From contig NC_043000.1 in the NCBI RefSeq assembly GCF_006345805.1, positions 6,014,001 to 6,078,000 on the forward strand: a DNA stretch of 64,000 nt, given 5' to 3'. Below, one piece after another: positions 1-12,662 of this stretch. The notes below the pieces were generated by a model that searched no databases, was not told where the DNA came from, and worked only from the letters and a program-made list of their open reading frames with translations. This stretch comes from Octopus sinensis (Eukaryota). Every line of letters starts with the position of its first letter. Position 1 is the stretch's first letter. A program made the position numbers and the translations under genes.

Positions 1-55
1 AAAACCACTGCTTTAGGACAACAAATGGCTAGATGAAAGTATCACAAAATGTTTT

Positions 56-285
56 TTAACCCTTTTGATAACAACCCGGCTGAAACCGCCTCTGGCTCTG
101 TAGTACAAATGCCTTGTTTTCATAAGTTCTGAATTAAAATCTTCCACCAAACCTTAATCACAATTTAGGTTCCTAACACTAGCTTAATGATAACTAAGTT
201 ATTTTATTAAATTCTTTGTTATATTTAAAATTAATTGGAAGAAACACAGAGCATCTCAAAAGAAATACAGTAATGAAAGGGTTGA
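56..285 (+). mobile_element. piggyBac-type MITE (TTAA target)
   Basis: TTAA-CCCTTTTG...GAAAGGG-TTGA; same family as 63636-63864, in opposite orientation. Confidence 0.75.
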
Positions 286-651
286 ATATGGTTGCAAAAT
301 TCTTGCTTTTAAACATCATATTGTGAAAATTAATATTTTAAAATTTAACACACTCACTGGCAAAATTTCCACTAATTTATTTTTATTTTCCTAAAATTTT
401 CGTTACATCTTGCAACCTTTTCAAGAGTCTTGTGTTAAATTATAATGCACAAAAAGAAAATGACTCTCCCCAGACACGACAGAATATGCTTCAACATGTG
501 AACTCACATAAAGAATCTTGCAAACCAAATCCAAAACCGAAATATATATTAAGAATAAAATTTTCACATTTTTTAAAAATGGTATGACAAAATTCTTACA
601 GACGATTTATGTCTGGCAGCATACTTGCGCAAACCATTTGTTGTCCTAAAG

Positions 652-911
652 CAGTGGTTTTCAACTGGGATCCATATGGCCCTTAGGGGTCTATATAAGA
701 GTTTTGTTGTTAAAATATATGTGCAAATAGATTGGTTATATTTCTACAACATGCAAAATATTTTAACAATTTTTGAAAAGTAATTTGTAATAATATTTAA
801 TTTTAAAAATATAATAAGGTCTTTTTAAAACATGGAATGGCTAGAAGGATCCATCTGAATAAAATAGGAATCAAAGGGGTCCATAGCTAAAAAATTAGTT
901 GAGAAACACTG
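652..911. mobile_element. hAT-type MITE
   Basis: TIRs CAGTGGTTTTCAACT / AGTTGAGAAACACTG; 8-bp TSD TCCTAAAG (644-651) / TCCTGAAG (912-919). Confidence 0.8.
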
Positions 912-1472
912 TCCTGAAGAATTTTTAAGGAATTGAAAAACATTTCTTCAAAACTAGGTCCTTTGTTTTCTCCTTACCAGCTGGTTCATTTAAAAGGCGT
1001 TTTTTAATATTTTTGTGTGTAGCAGCAATGACATTAAAAAAATGATTTCTTCATCTGACTGAAGTTTTCTACCAAATGAGTATCAGTGTTAAATATCTGC
1101 TCTTACTTGTTTCAGTCATTTGACTGTGGCCACATTGGGGAAACCACCTTGTGCGGGCCCATGAACCTGGCTAGGCTTTAAAAGGGTGCATTTATTTTTT
1201 AAATTGACCCCAGCACTTATTTTGTTTGAACCTTGAACCATGTGGTGGGGAAGCAAGCTTCTTACCACACAAATAAATAAAATAAAAGGTTGATTTATGT
1301 GGATTTAATAGAGCTGGCTCCTATCAAAAGTAACATACTGAGAGACCAAGTTCAGCTAGTTTGAATGTTAAAGCATTTATTGTCAAAACTGAATCTATGC
1401 AGACTAATATGAATGAGATCTAAGTCAAATAATATATAAAGTTTCTTTTCTTTTTTATCTTCCTATTTTCAG

Positions 1473-1680
1473 GTTGCATTACACATCCCAGGATCATACA
1501 ATCTGACACTACAGCTACCTGTAGTGATAGGTACTGTTCCTTATCGAAGAGCACGTCCTTATCACTACTCTTCCGAACCTCGATACTGCCGACCACTCCA
1601 ACCACAAACATGTAGCCTAAACCTGTTACCTTTACCGCCACCTTACAGAGAAACTGTTACCCCACCACCTCCATTCGAAG
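1473..1680 (+). CDS. ARRDC3: ARRDC exon (arrestin-C end, first PPxY)
   Basis: ttttcag|GTTGCA...TTCGAAG|gtaagt; encodes VALHIPGSYNLTLQLPVVIGTVPYRR...LPPPYRETVTPPPPFE; ends in phase 1. Confidence 0.9.
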
Positions 1681-2160
1681 GTAAGTTGGTCAGTTGGGAG
1701 TATTGCTAATAAATTGGTTGCTACACCTATTGTAAATTTTTATTCGAAGTGTAAAATATTTCCTGGTATTAACTTAATTTTCACTTAAATGATCTGCATG
1801 CTTTGCTGAAGTGTGTGGGTAGACAGGTGCATGCATGACACTGTATTTAAGAATTTGGGTTTCAGCCATGTGATTTTGGGTTCAGACTATCCTAACAGAA
1901 AGGGAGGTTATGTATATATCCTTCCTTTCTGTTAAGAGGCGCAAACACTTACAAAGTACTTATGGTAAAAGTGCCCGTGTGGTGCCACGTAAAAGCATCC
2001 AGCACACTCTGTAAAGTGGTTGGTGTTAGAAAGGGCATCCAGCTGTAGAGACCATGCCAAATCAGACTGGAGTCTAGTGCAGCCCCTTCAGCTTGCCAGC
2101 TGTGGTCAAACCATCAAACCCATACCAACATGGTTGATGGATATTAAATGATGATTTATA

Positions 2161-2193
<33 letters not shown>

Positions 2194-4067
2194 GTGGAGG
2201 CGCAATGGCCCAGTGGTTAGGGCAGCGGACTCGCGGTTGTAGGATCGCGGTTTCGATTCCCAGACTGGGCGTTGTGAGTGTTTATTGAGCGAAAACACCT
2301 AAAGCTCCACGTGGCTGTGGCAGGGGATGGTGGCGATCCCTGCTGTACTCTTTCGCCACAACTTTCTCTCACTCTTTCTTCTGTAGGCCTGCTCGCTTAG
2401 CCAGTGGGGTGGCATCATTTGAAGGCTAAAACAATGTGAAGCGCATTGTGACCAGCGACGTGTAGCAATATCTGATAGCCTGGTCGGTGACAGAAATATA
2501 TATATATATGTTTAAATAATAAGGGAGATAAATTGACTATTAATTTAATCAATATCAATTTCGAACCAGTAGCCTAGTGTATAAAAAATCTGAAAAATCA
2601 GAGAAAATTTCAATACATGTGTATATTTAGGGAAACCACTAGGTGGATAACCATACGCTAGAAGAAGATCACATATGATCTAACTACAAAGAAAAAATGT
2701 TCTCCAGAGAAAATTCAGCGAACACCAGAACATAAGCGGGCAAGACAGTGATTTGCGTTGGACAAAACACATCGCTAAAATTGTCAAGAAGGCTGAGGGT
2801 GTCTTGGCATCACTCACCAAATCCTTTGTGAGCCGCTCTCCGGCTATCTATCTGCGGCTTTATATAGCTATGGTAAGACCTCACCTGGAATTTGCATCAC
2901 CGGTCTGGAACCCCTATCTTGCCCAGGACATCAATCGTCTGGAAGCTGTTCAGCGACATGCAACCAAAAGAATACCCTCCATCAGGCATTTGCCATATCC
3001 TGAACGCCTTACTTCCCTGGCATGGACACATTGAAACTCCGACGTCTGGAAGCTGACTTGGCAGACACCCATAAAATTATCAACCATCACACAAACAATA
3101 ACTCTGAGCACCTCTTCAAACTCCACCCATCTAACACCCATGGACATATTTACAAAGTAAGAAAACAGCACAGCTCCCATGACTTCAGGAAACATTTTTT
3201 CACGCTGAGAGTTGCTGAAGCATGGAACAAACTGCCGGCATCGGTTGTTAGTTGTCGGAGCACTGCATCCTTCAAAACTTCCATGCTTCCTGAGATTCAC
3301 CAACACTACACTTGATTTTCTCCCCTCCATACACACACAAGCATGTATCTGACTCATACATTGTTCGCTTTCTAGACATTTCTACATTACTGCATGTACT
3401 TTATACGTACTTTTGACAAGTTGTGGTGCACCTGAGCACTGTATACAATAATTTCATTATTAAGACAGATGAAAATTAGATAAAAATCAAGAATTAATCA
3501 TGATATTTACCATGTGAAGTATGATGATGAAAAATATGAGAAAGATATGGTATATAATTTTTTTTTGTGCAGGGGTTCCTTGAGACATGTAATTTATTTT
3601 AAGGGTTACGCAAGGGTAAAAATGTTGAGAAACACTGGTCTAATGACTGAAACAAGTTATAGGTAAATGATAAAAGATACATATATGCATGGAATACGAA
3701 TGTTAAAACGATGATGATATTAGAAATTCGATTTCATGTGTGAAACTAAGTGTTGTTTAGTAAAAGCGTAGCTGAAACATAGGAGGAGGCTAGCATGTCT
3801 GAAAGAAAAGCTGTTACTGAGAGAAAGAGACAAGTTATCACCTGAATTTTGTAGCTTTGTATTGTCATATTAACATTTTTGAAAAAAGAATATATGCAAG
3901 AATATAGGCGCAGGAGTGGCTGTGTGGTAAGTAGCTTGCCATGGTTCCGGGTTCAGTCCCACTGCGTGGCATCTTGGACAAGTGTCTTCTGCTATAGCCC
4001 CGGGCCGACCAATGCCTTGTGAGTGGATTTGGTAGACGGAAACTGAAAGAAGCCTGTCGTATATATG

Positions 4068-4098
<31 letters not shown>

Positions 4099-5544
4099 GT
4101 GTGTATGTGTTAGTGTGTCTGTGTTTGTCCCCCTAGCATTGCTTGACAACCGATGCTGGTGTGTTTACGTCCCTGTCACTTAGCGGTTTGGCAAAGAAGA
4201 CTGATAGAATAAGTACTGGGCTTACAAAGAATAAGTCCCGGGGTCGATTTGCTCGACTAAAGGCGGTGCTCCAGCATGGCCACAGTCAAATGACTGAAAC
4301 CAGTAAAAGAAAGAGAAAAAAAGAAGCCAAAAAGACCAAAATTTTATTCCTGTTGAGATACATCTACTGAAAGACAGTCTCTGATTAGCTTTCAAGACCA
4401 ACCATTCACAATATTTATTCCAGTGGGCCAATGGATCTGCCTCAAACTCCTTTCAGCTTGTATCACTTGTGCTGATCAATCGGCCTGGGTGTCCCGAGAG
4501 GGTCCAAAGGTGTGCATTGTTCCTTTTGTAATACCCAGTGTTTTAGGGTTTGATGTCAAATTATTGAAAATAGTTGAGTGAAAATACAATTGATTAGAAA
4601 TAGTTAAATGAAACAGCAATCAATTGAAGAAACAATTGCTTGAATCAACAATTAGTTGAATTATAGTAAATGTTCAAAATACAGTTAATAGGTTAGAGTT
4701 ATTAGAATAATTTTCTTTTTAAAATGTTATGCAATGTGCATGCGTGTGTGTGTGTGTGTGTGTGGTTTTGTTTACTGTTGAAAACTTCTGTAGTTTGTTC
4801 ATCTGCCTCTCCCTTCTACCAAATCCATTTAGAAGGCTTTTGGTTGGCCTGGGGCCTTAGTAAAGAACACTTGCCAAAAATACTGCGCAGTGGGACTGAA
4901 CCTGAAACCATGTGATTGGGAAGTGAACACCTTAACCACACAGCCATGCTTGCACTTGTGTGTGTGTGTGTGTGTGTGTGTGTTGTGTGTGTGTGTGTGT
5001 GCGCGCCTCTCTTTGTTTACATCTGTTCTCAATTATATGAAAGTCACAACATCTGAGTAATGTTGTTGTTGGCACTTCCCCTCTAATAAATCATTTGCGT
5101 ATTTCATGTCTTCAGTGCTGGATGGAATAAGAAATCTGTTGCTAGAAAAACAGGTCAAAGTTAGTATCAGGAAGGGCATCCAACAAACACTGTTAAAGTA
5201 ACATATTTATATAACCCATGCTGACATGAGAAAAACAAACACAAAAACAAATATATGGATGTATATATTGTTAGTAGCTGAAGCCACTTGAATTGTTCCT
5301 TTGAGTTTCACAATGCTGATTATTTAATTGAATGAAGAAGGGAAGTAGCATGACAACGTATAAGCAAAAATATTAACAAACACATTGAGATATGATTCAT
5401 AAGTGTTTTTTTTTTTGTTCTCCATGGTTCCGGGTTCACTCCTACTGCGTGGCACCTTGGGCAGGTGTCTTCTACTATAGCCTCGGTCCGACCAAATCCT
5501 TGTGAGTGGATTTGGTAGACAGAAACTGAAAGAAGCCTATCATA

Positions 5545-5597
<53 letters not shown>

Positions 5598-5881
5598 CTG
5601 TGTTTGTCGCCCCAACATCGCTTGACAACCGATGGCGGTGTGTTTTCGTCCCCATAACTTAGTGGTTCGGCAAAATAGACTGATAGAATAAGTACTAGGC
5701 TTACAAAGAATAAGTCCTAGGGTCGATTTGCTCGACTAAAGGTGGTGCTCCAGCATGGCCACAGTCAAATGACTGAAACAAGTAAAAAGAGTAAAAAGAA
5801 AAAGTGTATATGTAGCTGTCTTTCAGAGAATGGCAAATCCATGATGTGGGAAATAAGCTATTTGGATGATGTTGATGATGG

Positions 5882-5913
<32 letters not shown>

Positions 5914-8900
5914 TGTGTGTGAGGAGTGAGAGAGAGAGAGTGCACTACTACTTTTATCTCTGAAAATCTCAGTTGTATGCAGTAGCACTTTGGGTTTCTG
6001 CCAGAGTTTGTTTGCCCTGCTCTGACTAGGTGTAGATTGACATCATTCAAAATTTCCAGTCATCTTTCGTATTTGAATTAGCATAGTGATGGAAACAACA
6101 ATGAGGTTGCTGTTGTCACTGCATGCAATCTGCACCCAATGACCTAATCTAAGAACAGTAAAAGTGGTGTAAGGTAGGGATCCTCAACCACCTGGCTGCA
6201 GATCTGTTCCAGGCTGTGGATCATTTGGTACCGGGCTGCACAGAAAGAATATATTTTCAAATTTTATTTCTGTTGCAGTCTGCAAAGTGGTTTTGCCTCG
6301 TTATATGTAATAATTAAATCATATTTTATGCAGTTTGTTGTGTTTTGTTTTCCTCATATTTTCTCAGTCTGTGGAAGAATTGTCTTGCATGGAACTGGTC
6401 CATGGTGCAAAAATGTTTGGAGACTGCTGGTATAAAGGACAGCATATCTTCTTGTTTTCACTGTACCAAGTTTTTGGCCTATTGATAATTTTATTTATTT
6501 ATTGCCCACAAGGGGCTAAACATAGAGGGGACAAACAAGGACAGACAGGGATTAAGTTGATTACATCGACCCCAGTGCACAACTGCTACTTAATTTATCG
6601 AACACGAAAGGATGAAAGACAAAGTCGACCTCAGCGGAATTTGAACTCAGAACGTAGCGGCAGACGAAATACCACTAAGCATTTCACCTGGCGTGCTAAC
6701 GTTTCTGCCATCTCACCAATCTATAAATCATGTTTTCATCTTCCTCTTCAACTTCCCCTAATCATGGAAACACTGCAGAAACTGTCATAGGCACTATCTT
6801 TCTTCTTCTGATTAAGTTATAAAAAATTTTGTAAATAAATTCTATTTACATTTATATGTCTAACACCCATGGACATGTTTACAAAGTCAGAAAACAGCAC
6901 AGCTCCCATGACTTTCGGGAACATTTTTTCTTGCTAAGAGTTGCTGAAGCATGGAACAAACTGCCGTCATCAGTTGTTAGTTGTCGGAGCACTGCATCCT
7001 TCAAAACTTCCATGCTTCCTGAGATTCGCCAACACTACACCTGATTTTCTCCCCTCCATACACACACAAGCAAGTATCTGACTCATACACTGTTCACTTC
7101 CCAGACATTTGTACATTACTGCATATGCTTTATATGCTCTTGTGACAAGTTGTGGTGTACCTGAGCACTGTATACAAAAATTTCATTATTATTATTATAT
7201 ATTTTTCCTTTCTTTCTTGCAGAACCTCCAACATATGCTGAGAGTGTTGGCGGTGCAGTTGATATTCGCGATGAAGATGATGATCTAACATGTAATATGG
7301 GAGATCTCACTTATACACCAATGTATACATATGTATACGATTACAGACCTCCACCAGCCTATTCAGAGGTAAATTTCAAATCTTTTTCTCTTGTTCATTG
7401 GTTTGATGTAATGGTCTTTTATGTGTGCGTGTGTATTGGTACCTATTTATTCAAAGCTGAAGTTACTATGAGTTCCCAGTTATAAGCAGCAGAGACCTAG
7501 TATAACAACGGACAGTGAAGACTCAGTTTCAAGTTTATGAATAAACTCTACAGACCGTATCAAGCACGTTTTTCTCTTGTTTGCACATTCAGAGGTGTAT
7601 ATATGGAGGTAGGTGGAAGCTGAAAGAAGTTCTCTGTATCTGTGAGTGTGTTCATGCAGCTTTGTCTTGACATCACATGCTAATTGTAGATGAAGGTACC
7701 GTTATACTGGTGATGGTGTTTGTTTGCACTCTTCTCCAGAAAACATGTCCAGCCATTGTAATGTTCATATTTGAAGGATTAGGGGACATATTAACCTTAT
7801 TCAGAAACAGGTGAGGATCAGTGACAGGAAGAACATCTGCCTCTTCAAATTTCATTTGAGCCATGCAGGCATGGAAAATTGGGTTTTGAAATGATGATGA
7901 CACTGATATATATTAGATACATACAAATACTGTAAAGAGCTGCTGAAGTTTTAACTGGTTCACTGAGCTAACAACATTTTAACAACAGCTTCATGAAAAG
8001 AGAAAGCAAAAACTTCTATTATTGAGAATGAAATATTGTTTCACTTTGAGTGAGGGTCTAAAAATAAAAATAAAGGTAAAATCTGGAATCCGTGGAAACT
8101 GGTGATAGGTCTGTCCAGTTGATCTCATTCAGTGTAAAGTTCAGTGGAGTAGAGTGTTTTGTTACTCTAGCCCAGGGGTTTTCAACCATTTTTTACCTAT
8201 GGACCCTTTTGATTATTATTTTATTCTAGTAGACCCCCATTTCTAAAAAAGTGAAACCGGTCAAATCAATAAACATCTTTAAAATTGCATTTTCAAACCT
8301 TCTTTCATATATATATATATATATATATGGTTTTATATCCAGCTTGCAGTGCAGGGCATTCCCTTCATCAGCTCTCAACTGCAGATCAAAGTTGTTTCAG
8401 TGTCTTGTGACAGTTTTGCTCCTTCCAGTTGTGTCAGACAGCATTGATATTAGCCAGGGATTGTTTACGTTGTTTTAGTCCCACAAAATTCAGTAAACTC
8501 AGTGATATTCAAAATGTCTCATCTCATCTAATTAAACACTTTAGCATTTCCATGAAACTCAGATATAATGAACGCACCATAGAAGGGGAATTAACTGAAA
8601 GAGAGCCAGGAACATGCTGTTAATTAAATTAATCAATATTAAATCAATTATATTTTACCTCTTATAGTTTAGCAGCTTCATTCATAAGAAATCTTAATTA
8701 GGAACTATTAGTAAAATAATAGGGTCAGACTAAATGCAATGTTTTTAGTTATGGTTTCTTTATATTTTAAGTTCAAACCTTACTGGCATTGACTTTTGCA
8801 CTCTCATCTCTCTGGGGTGAATAAAATAAGTACCAGTCATATACTAAGGTAAATTTACCTGGAGTACACTCCTCTGCCCAAATTTTATAAAACTTATTTT

Positions 8901-11197
8901 TTGTGTTTTGCAGGTTGTTGTTGCAGTTTATAGTTATGTCCCTTTCCATTCTTAGTTGAAATCCCAAGATTTGTTTGTTTAATCTTTTATCTCATCATTT
9001 ACAGAAGTTTGACCCTTAAGCATTTAAACCAGCCATATCTGGTCAAAATGTTCTACCTCTTTTTTGTTCAAACTGGCCAGGTCTGGCCTCTCGCACTAAC
9101 CCTACAATATCATTCTATAATTTAACAGTTACCTCATCAAAATCTCAAAGTACAAAATGGCTCATTCAAAACGATGTGAATGAATGAGCATAACTTTGAT
9201 AGAATAATGTGAATGCCAAAGGCTTTAATCCAAGAACAGCTGTCTTTATCTATTCTTGGACCCTGCCACTTGTGTTCCATTTTTTTAATACATACAATCT
9301 GTGGATTGCTGATTTTAGTTTGTGTATTCTATCAAGTCATAAGTGTTCTGCTGGTTTTATTTTAATTATTTTCTAATTTCCAACTAAAACTTTTTGTAGT
9401 AGTCCCATCTATATTATTAGGGATCTTGCTGTGGTGTTGTTTTACTTTGGTTTAACTTTTTGAATTAAGCTCTTGTTTCAGTACCTGCTTCATCTAGTTC
9501 ATGTTTTATTTCAAAACATTTCTACTTGTAACATTTCACGGATTGACAGATAGATTCACTGGAGCATTGGATGAAATGCCTTGAAGTATATAATAATAAT
9601 AATAATGATAATGAAGGTTTCAAATTTTTACACAAGGCCAGCAATTTTAGAGAGAGGTGGATGGTCAATTACTGATATTTTATTTTATTGACTTGAAATG
9701 ATGAAAGGTTGAAGTTGACCCTGATGAAATTTGAACTCAGAACATAAAGAGCTAGAAAAAATGCCACTAAGCATTTTGTTTGATGAGCTGATGACTCTGC
9801 CAGCTTACTATCTTACTAAAGATAATAGTAGTTTCAAATTTTGTTGCAATTTTACTACTACTACTACTACTACTACTACTATCATCATTTAAGTTGGCCA
9901 GCAAGCAGAATTGTTAGCATACCGAACAAACTGCTTAGCTGCATTTCGTCTGTCTTTGTGTTCTGAGTTCAAATTCTGTCAAAGTCAACTTTGCTTTCTA
10001 TTCTTTCAGAGTCAATAAAATAAGTACCAGTTGAGTATTGGGGTTGATGTAATTGACTTAAATCCCTCCCTCAAACCTGCTGGCGTTGTGCCAAAATTTG
10101 AAACCATTGTTATCATTATCATTGTTGTTATTTTGACTCAACCAGTTATATGGTAGAAAGAATACCACACTAAATGCTTTACGGTATTTAGTTATGTCTC
10201 TTTTTGATCTGAGTCCCATTTCTGCTGGCCCTAATTTTGTTTCTCATCATGATGGGATTGATAATATAAAGTAACCGTTAGACACTGCAATTGATTTTCC
10301 TTCACAACTACCTCCAGAATTTTACAGATGGATATCTTACCAAAATGCCTGTCACCATAACTGTAAGTGGAACGGTTGTCCATTTCTCAAGACAACACTG
10401 CTATATCTATTGCTTAGTGTGGTTTGAACCAGTGTTTCTATACTATTATCATTTAACGATCATGCATTTGTATCAGGTCAGCATTAATCTCTGCTGAAAA
10501 TTGCAGCAACATGAGATTGATAAAATGTGTAAAACAAAATTGTATCTTCTTTTCAGGATCTATCCTTAACTTGTTTCAGTCATTGGACTACAGCCCTGCT
10601 TGGATTTAGTTGAACAAATCACCCCCAGTACTTATTTTAAGTCTTTTGCTGAACTGCTAAGTTACTGTGATGTAAACAAACCAGCACCAGTTGCCAAGCA
10701 GTAGTGGAGAATGAAGGCACATATGATGTGTTGCTATAGTTTCATCATCATCAGTTAACATCTATTTTCCATGCTGGCATGGGTTAGATGGTTTGACTGG
10801 AACTTGCAAGCCAGAGAGCTGCACCAGGCTTCAGCTTGTTTTGGCTTGGTTTCTATGGCTGGATACCCTTCCTAACACTAACCCACTCCACAGGGTGTAC
10901 TGGAGCCCAGTCAAGTGTCACCAGCACAGGTGCCTTTTACATGTCACCAGCATGGTTGTTTTTTATGACTGATTTTCCTTGGCTTTTCCAAATTCATTCA
11001 CAAGGCATTTGTTAGCCTGGAGCCACACAGTGGAACTGAACCCAAAGCTACAACCATGCCCGGGCCTAACCAATTTTGTTTTCTGTTTTAGTTTATTTGT
11101 TTTTGTCTTCAGTGTTATCCAATTTGTCTTTCAGATTGATCCGAATCCCTCAACTCAATCGACCACAGTACGTTTTCTGGAAGACGGACATTCATGA
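1473..11197 (+). CDS. ARRDC3: Alpha-arrestin / arrestin domain-containing protein (ARRDC2/3-like), 3' part: join(1473..1680,7223..7368,11135..11197); 5' exons lie upstream of the window
   Basis: Three AG/GT-bounded exons join in frame (208+146+63 nt, 138 aa + TGA): VALHIPGSYNLTLQLPVVIGTVP (end of the arrestin-C domain) ... LPPPY ... EPPTYAESV ... YRPPPAYSE|IDPNP. The PPxYSEIDPNP tail is characteristic of ARRDC2/3. Paralogue assignment is uncertain. Confidence 0.9.
2194..2490 (+). mobile_element. tRNA-derived SINE (head A, tail A)
   Basis: A box TGGCCCAGTGG and B box GTTTCGATTCC; second full copy at 42936-43232. Confidence 0.85.
2752..3462 (+). mobile_element. 5'-truncated CR1-type LINE (RT C-terminus, 3' UTR, (ATT)n tail), frameshifted
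   Basis: LYIAMVRPHLEFASPVWNPYLAQDINRLEAVQRHATKRIP and [14 protein letters not shown] are CR1-clade C-terminal motifs; 3' end repeated at 6856, 20615 and 40057. Confidence 0.9.
3905..4315 (+). mobile_element. Bipartite SINE (tRNA-like/CORE-like head, TA/TG microsatellite, conserved 3' half)
   Basis: GGAGTGGCTGTGTGGTAAG...GGTTCAGTCCC...CTTGGACAAGTGTCTT...GTCAAATGACTGAAAC; homologous copies at 5421-5800 and 62566-62935, halves at 40790-41020, 17700-17870(-) and 4810-4950(-). Confidence 0.85.
5421..5800 (+). mobile_element. Bipartite SINE, 5'-truncated copy
   Basis: Colinear with 3940-4315. Confidence 0.85.
6175..6429. mobile_element. hAT (Charlie/MER1-like) MITE, degenerate
   Basis: TAGGGATCCTCAACC...GTTTGGAGACTGCTG ends; imperfect 8-bp TSD GTGTAAGG/GTATAAAG. 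Confidence 0.55.
6490..6717 (-). mobile_element. SINE family with GAGTTCAAAT B box and GACTTTGCCTTTCATCCTTTCGGGGTCGATAAA core
   Basis: Many copies in the window: 9615-9810(-), 9893-10105(+), 17868-18020(+), 32700-32890(+), 36155-36372(-), 36390-36560(-), 60586-60770(+). Confidence 0.8.
6856..7197 (+). mobile_element. CR1-type LINE 3' end
   Basis: Near-identical to 3130-3462; (ATT)n tail ends about 25 nt before the ARRDC acceptor at 7222. Confidence 0.9.
7223..7368 (+). CDS. ARRDC3: ARRDC exon (two PPxY motifs)
   Basis: cttgcag|AACCTCCA...TCAGAG|gtaaat; encodes EPPTYAESVGGAVDIRDEDDDLTCNMGDLTYTPMYTYVYDYRPPPAYSE; phase matches the previous exon. Confidence 0.92.
9010..9228. mobile_element. Second piggyBac-like MITE family, degenerate
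   Basis: TTGACCCTTAAGCATT...AATGCCAAAGGCTTTAA; homologue at 17200-17370. Confidence 0.55.
11135..11197 (+). CDS. ARRDC3: ARRDC terminal coding exon
   Basis: ctttcag|ATTGATCCGAAT...CATTCATGA; encodes IDPNPSTQSTTVRFLEDGHS* and completes the conserved YSEIDPNP motif. Confidence 0.88.
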   Translation: MDPNPSTQSTTVRFLEDGHS

Positions 11198-12195
11198 CGC
11201 TGAACTGGCAACATTATGTCATATAGTCCACTATTGTTTGAGCTGGCCAGATAAAAAGAGATTGCCATCTTGATTCTAACTCTGACTCACATGAGTAGCC
11301 ATTACTTGTTGGCTGTTGCTGGTCAATCTGTCTACAAGCTATGCTGACCAAGAAGAGTAATCAAAGTGTATGTTTATATATATATATATACGTATATATA
11401 TATATATATATATGCAGCTTTCCTTTATCCCTTCCTCTCTACCACCACCACCACCCCTCTACTTAAAGCTAATTGAACTGACATATATTCATCACTATCA
11501 CAACAGAGAATTTTAACTGTTGAACAAACAGATTTATTAACTGATGATATAAACTTATACATTCTTTTTTTTTAATTTAATTTTATTTTTAATATATTTT
11601 CATTTTCAAGAGACAATAATTGATATCAAAAAAAGCCCTGCTATATTCTATTCAAGAGAATGAAAATCACTTATATTTCTAAGTTAAGCTCTCCATTAAA
11701 ATACAACAATTGTTCACTCATCAGTTTATCTGATGCTTTATATTTTTGAATTGATGCTTTTAAAAGTTGTTGCATTCGACTTATTAACAAATGTATCAAT
11801 ATTTCATGTCTTGTTATTATTATTATTATTATTATTATTAGTAATTTTGTTAATTGTAAAGTTAAAAGTTCATCATATTCATCATTCAAGTGTAAACATT
11901 TTTATTTATATTTGTATCCTCTATTTTTCTTAATTAAAATCTACCTAACCATCTGTCTATCTTGCACATACATACAAATCAGTGCATGTGTACTCAGGCC
12001 AGAATTCTGAATTGATGAGCTTTTCAACTGATTCTCAGGTTTCTAGGATGAAAAAAAAAACAAAAACAATAGTTAGGTTCTTATTTCAACAGATAGATTA
12101 TAATTAAAAATTTCAGTTTGATACCATTAGTTAATTAATCCTAATCATTAATTATTTGTTCAAGAAGTCTTTCTGTAATTCCTTACTGTTGTGTT

Positions 12196-12397
12196 CATAT
12201 ATATGCATATATATATGTATATGCATTATATATATATATATGCACATATATCTATCTCTATATATATGCATATATATATATATATGTGCATATATATATA
12301 TGCATGCATATATATATGTGCATATATATATATGCATGCATATATATATGTGCATATATATATATATGCGCATATATACATATATATATATGCATGC

Positions 12398-12430
<33 letters not shown>

Positions 12431-12452
12431 TGCATATATATATATGTATATA
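12196..12452. repeat. (TA)n/(TGCA)-interrupted microsatellite
   Basis: Direct inspection. Confidence 0.95.
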
Positions 12453-12457
12453 TAGAT

Positions 12458-12617
12458 GTCATCATCATCATCATCATCATCATTTAGCGTCCATTTTCCA
12501 TGCTAGCATGGGTTGGACGGTTCTACTGGGGTCTGTGAAGCCAGAAGGCTTCATCAGGCCCAGTCAAATCTGGCAGTGTTTCTACGGCTGGATGCCCTTC
12601 CTAACGCCAACCACTCC

Positions 12618-12620
<3 letters not shown>
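12458..12620 (-). mobile_element. RTE-type LINE 3' terminus with (GAT)n tail
   Basis: Reverse complement of the RTE 3' end at 19060-19228; nearly identical to 49045-49205. Confidence 0.85.

Positions 12621-12662
<42 letters not shown>

Noticed and set aside
6335-6790. 151-aa ORF
   Set aside because: Spans a hAT MITE end and an antisense SINE; chance open frame.
7369-7485. Read-through of the ARRDC exon into ORF ...YSEVNFKSF...
   Set aside because: A good donor (GAG|gtaaat) and the downstream IDPNP exon restore the conserved motif; the extension resembles nothing known.
11111-11134. Alternative upstream acceptor for the last ARRDC exon
   Set aside because: It would give CYPICLSD* and lose IDPNP; no supporting evidence.
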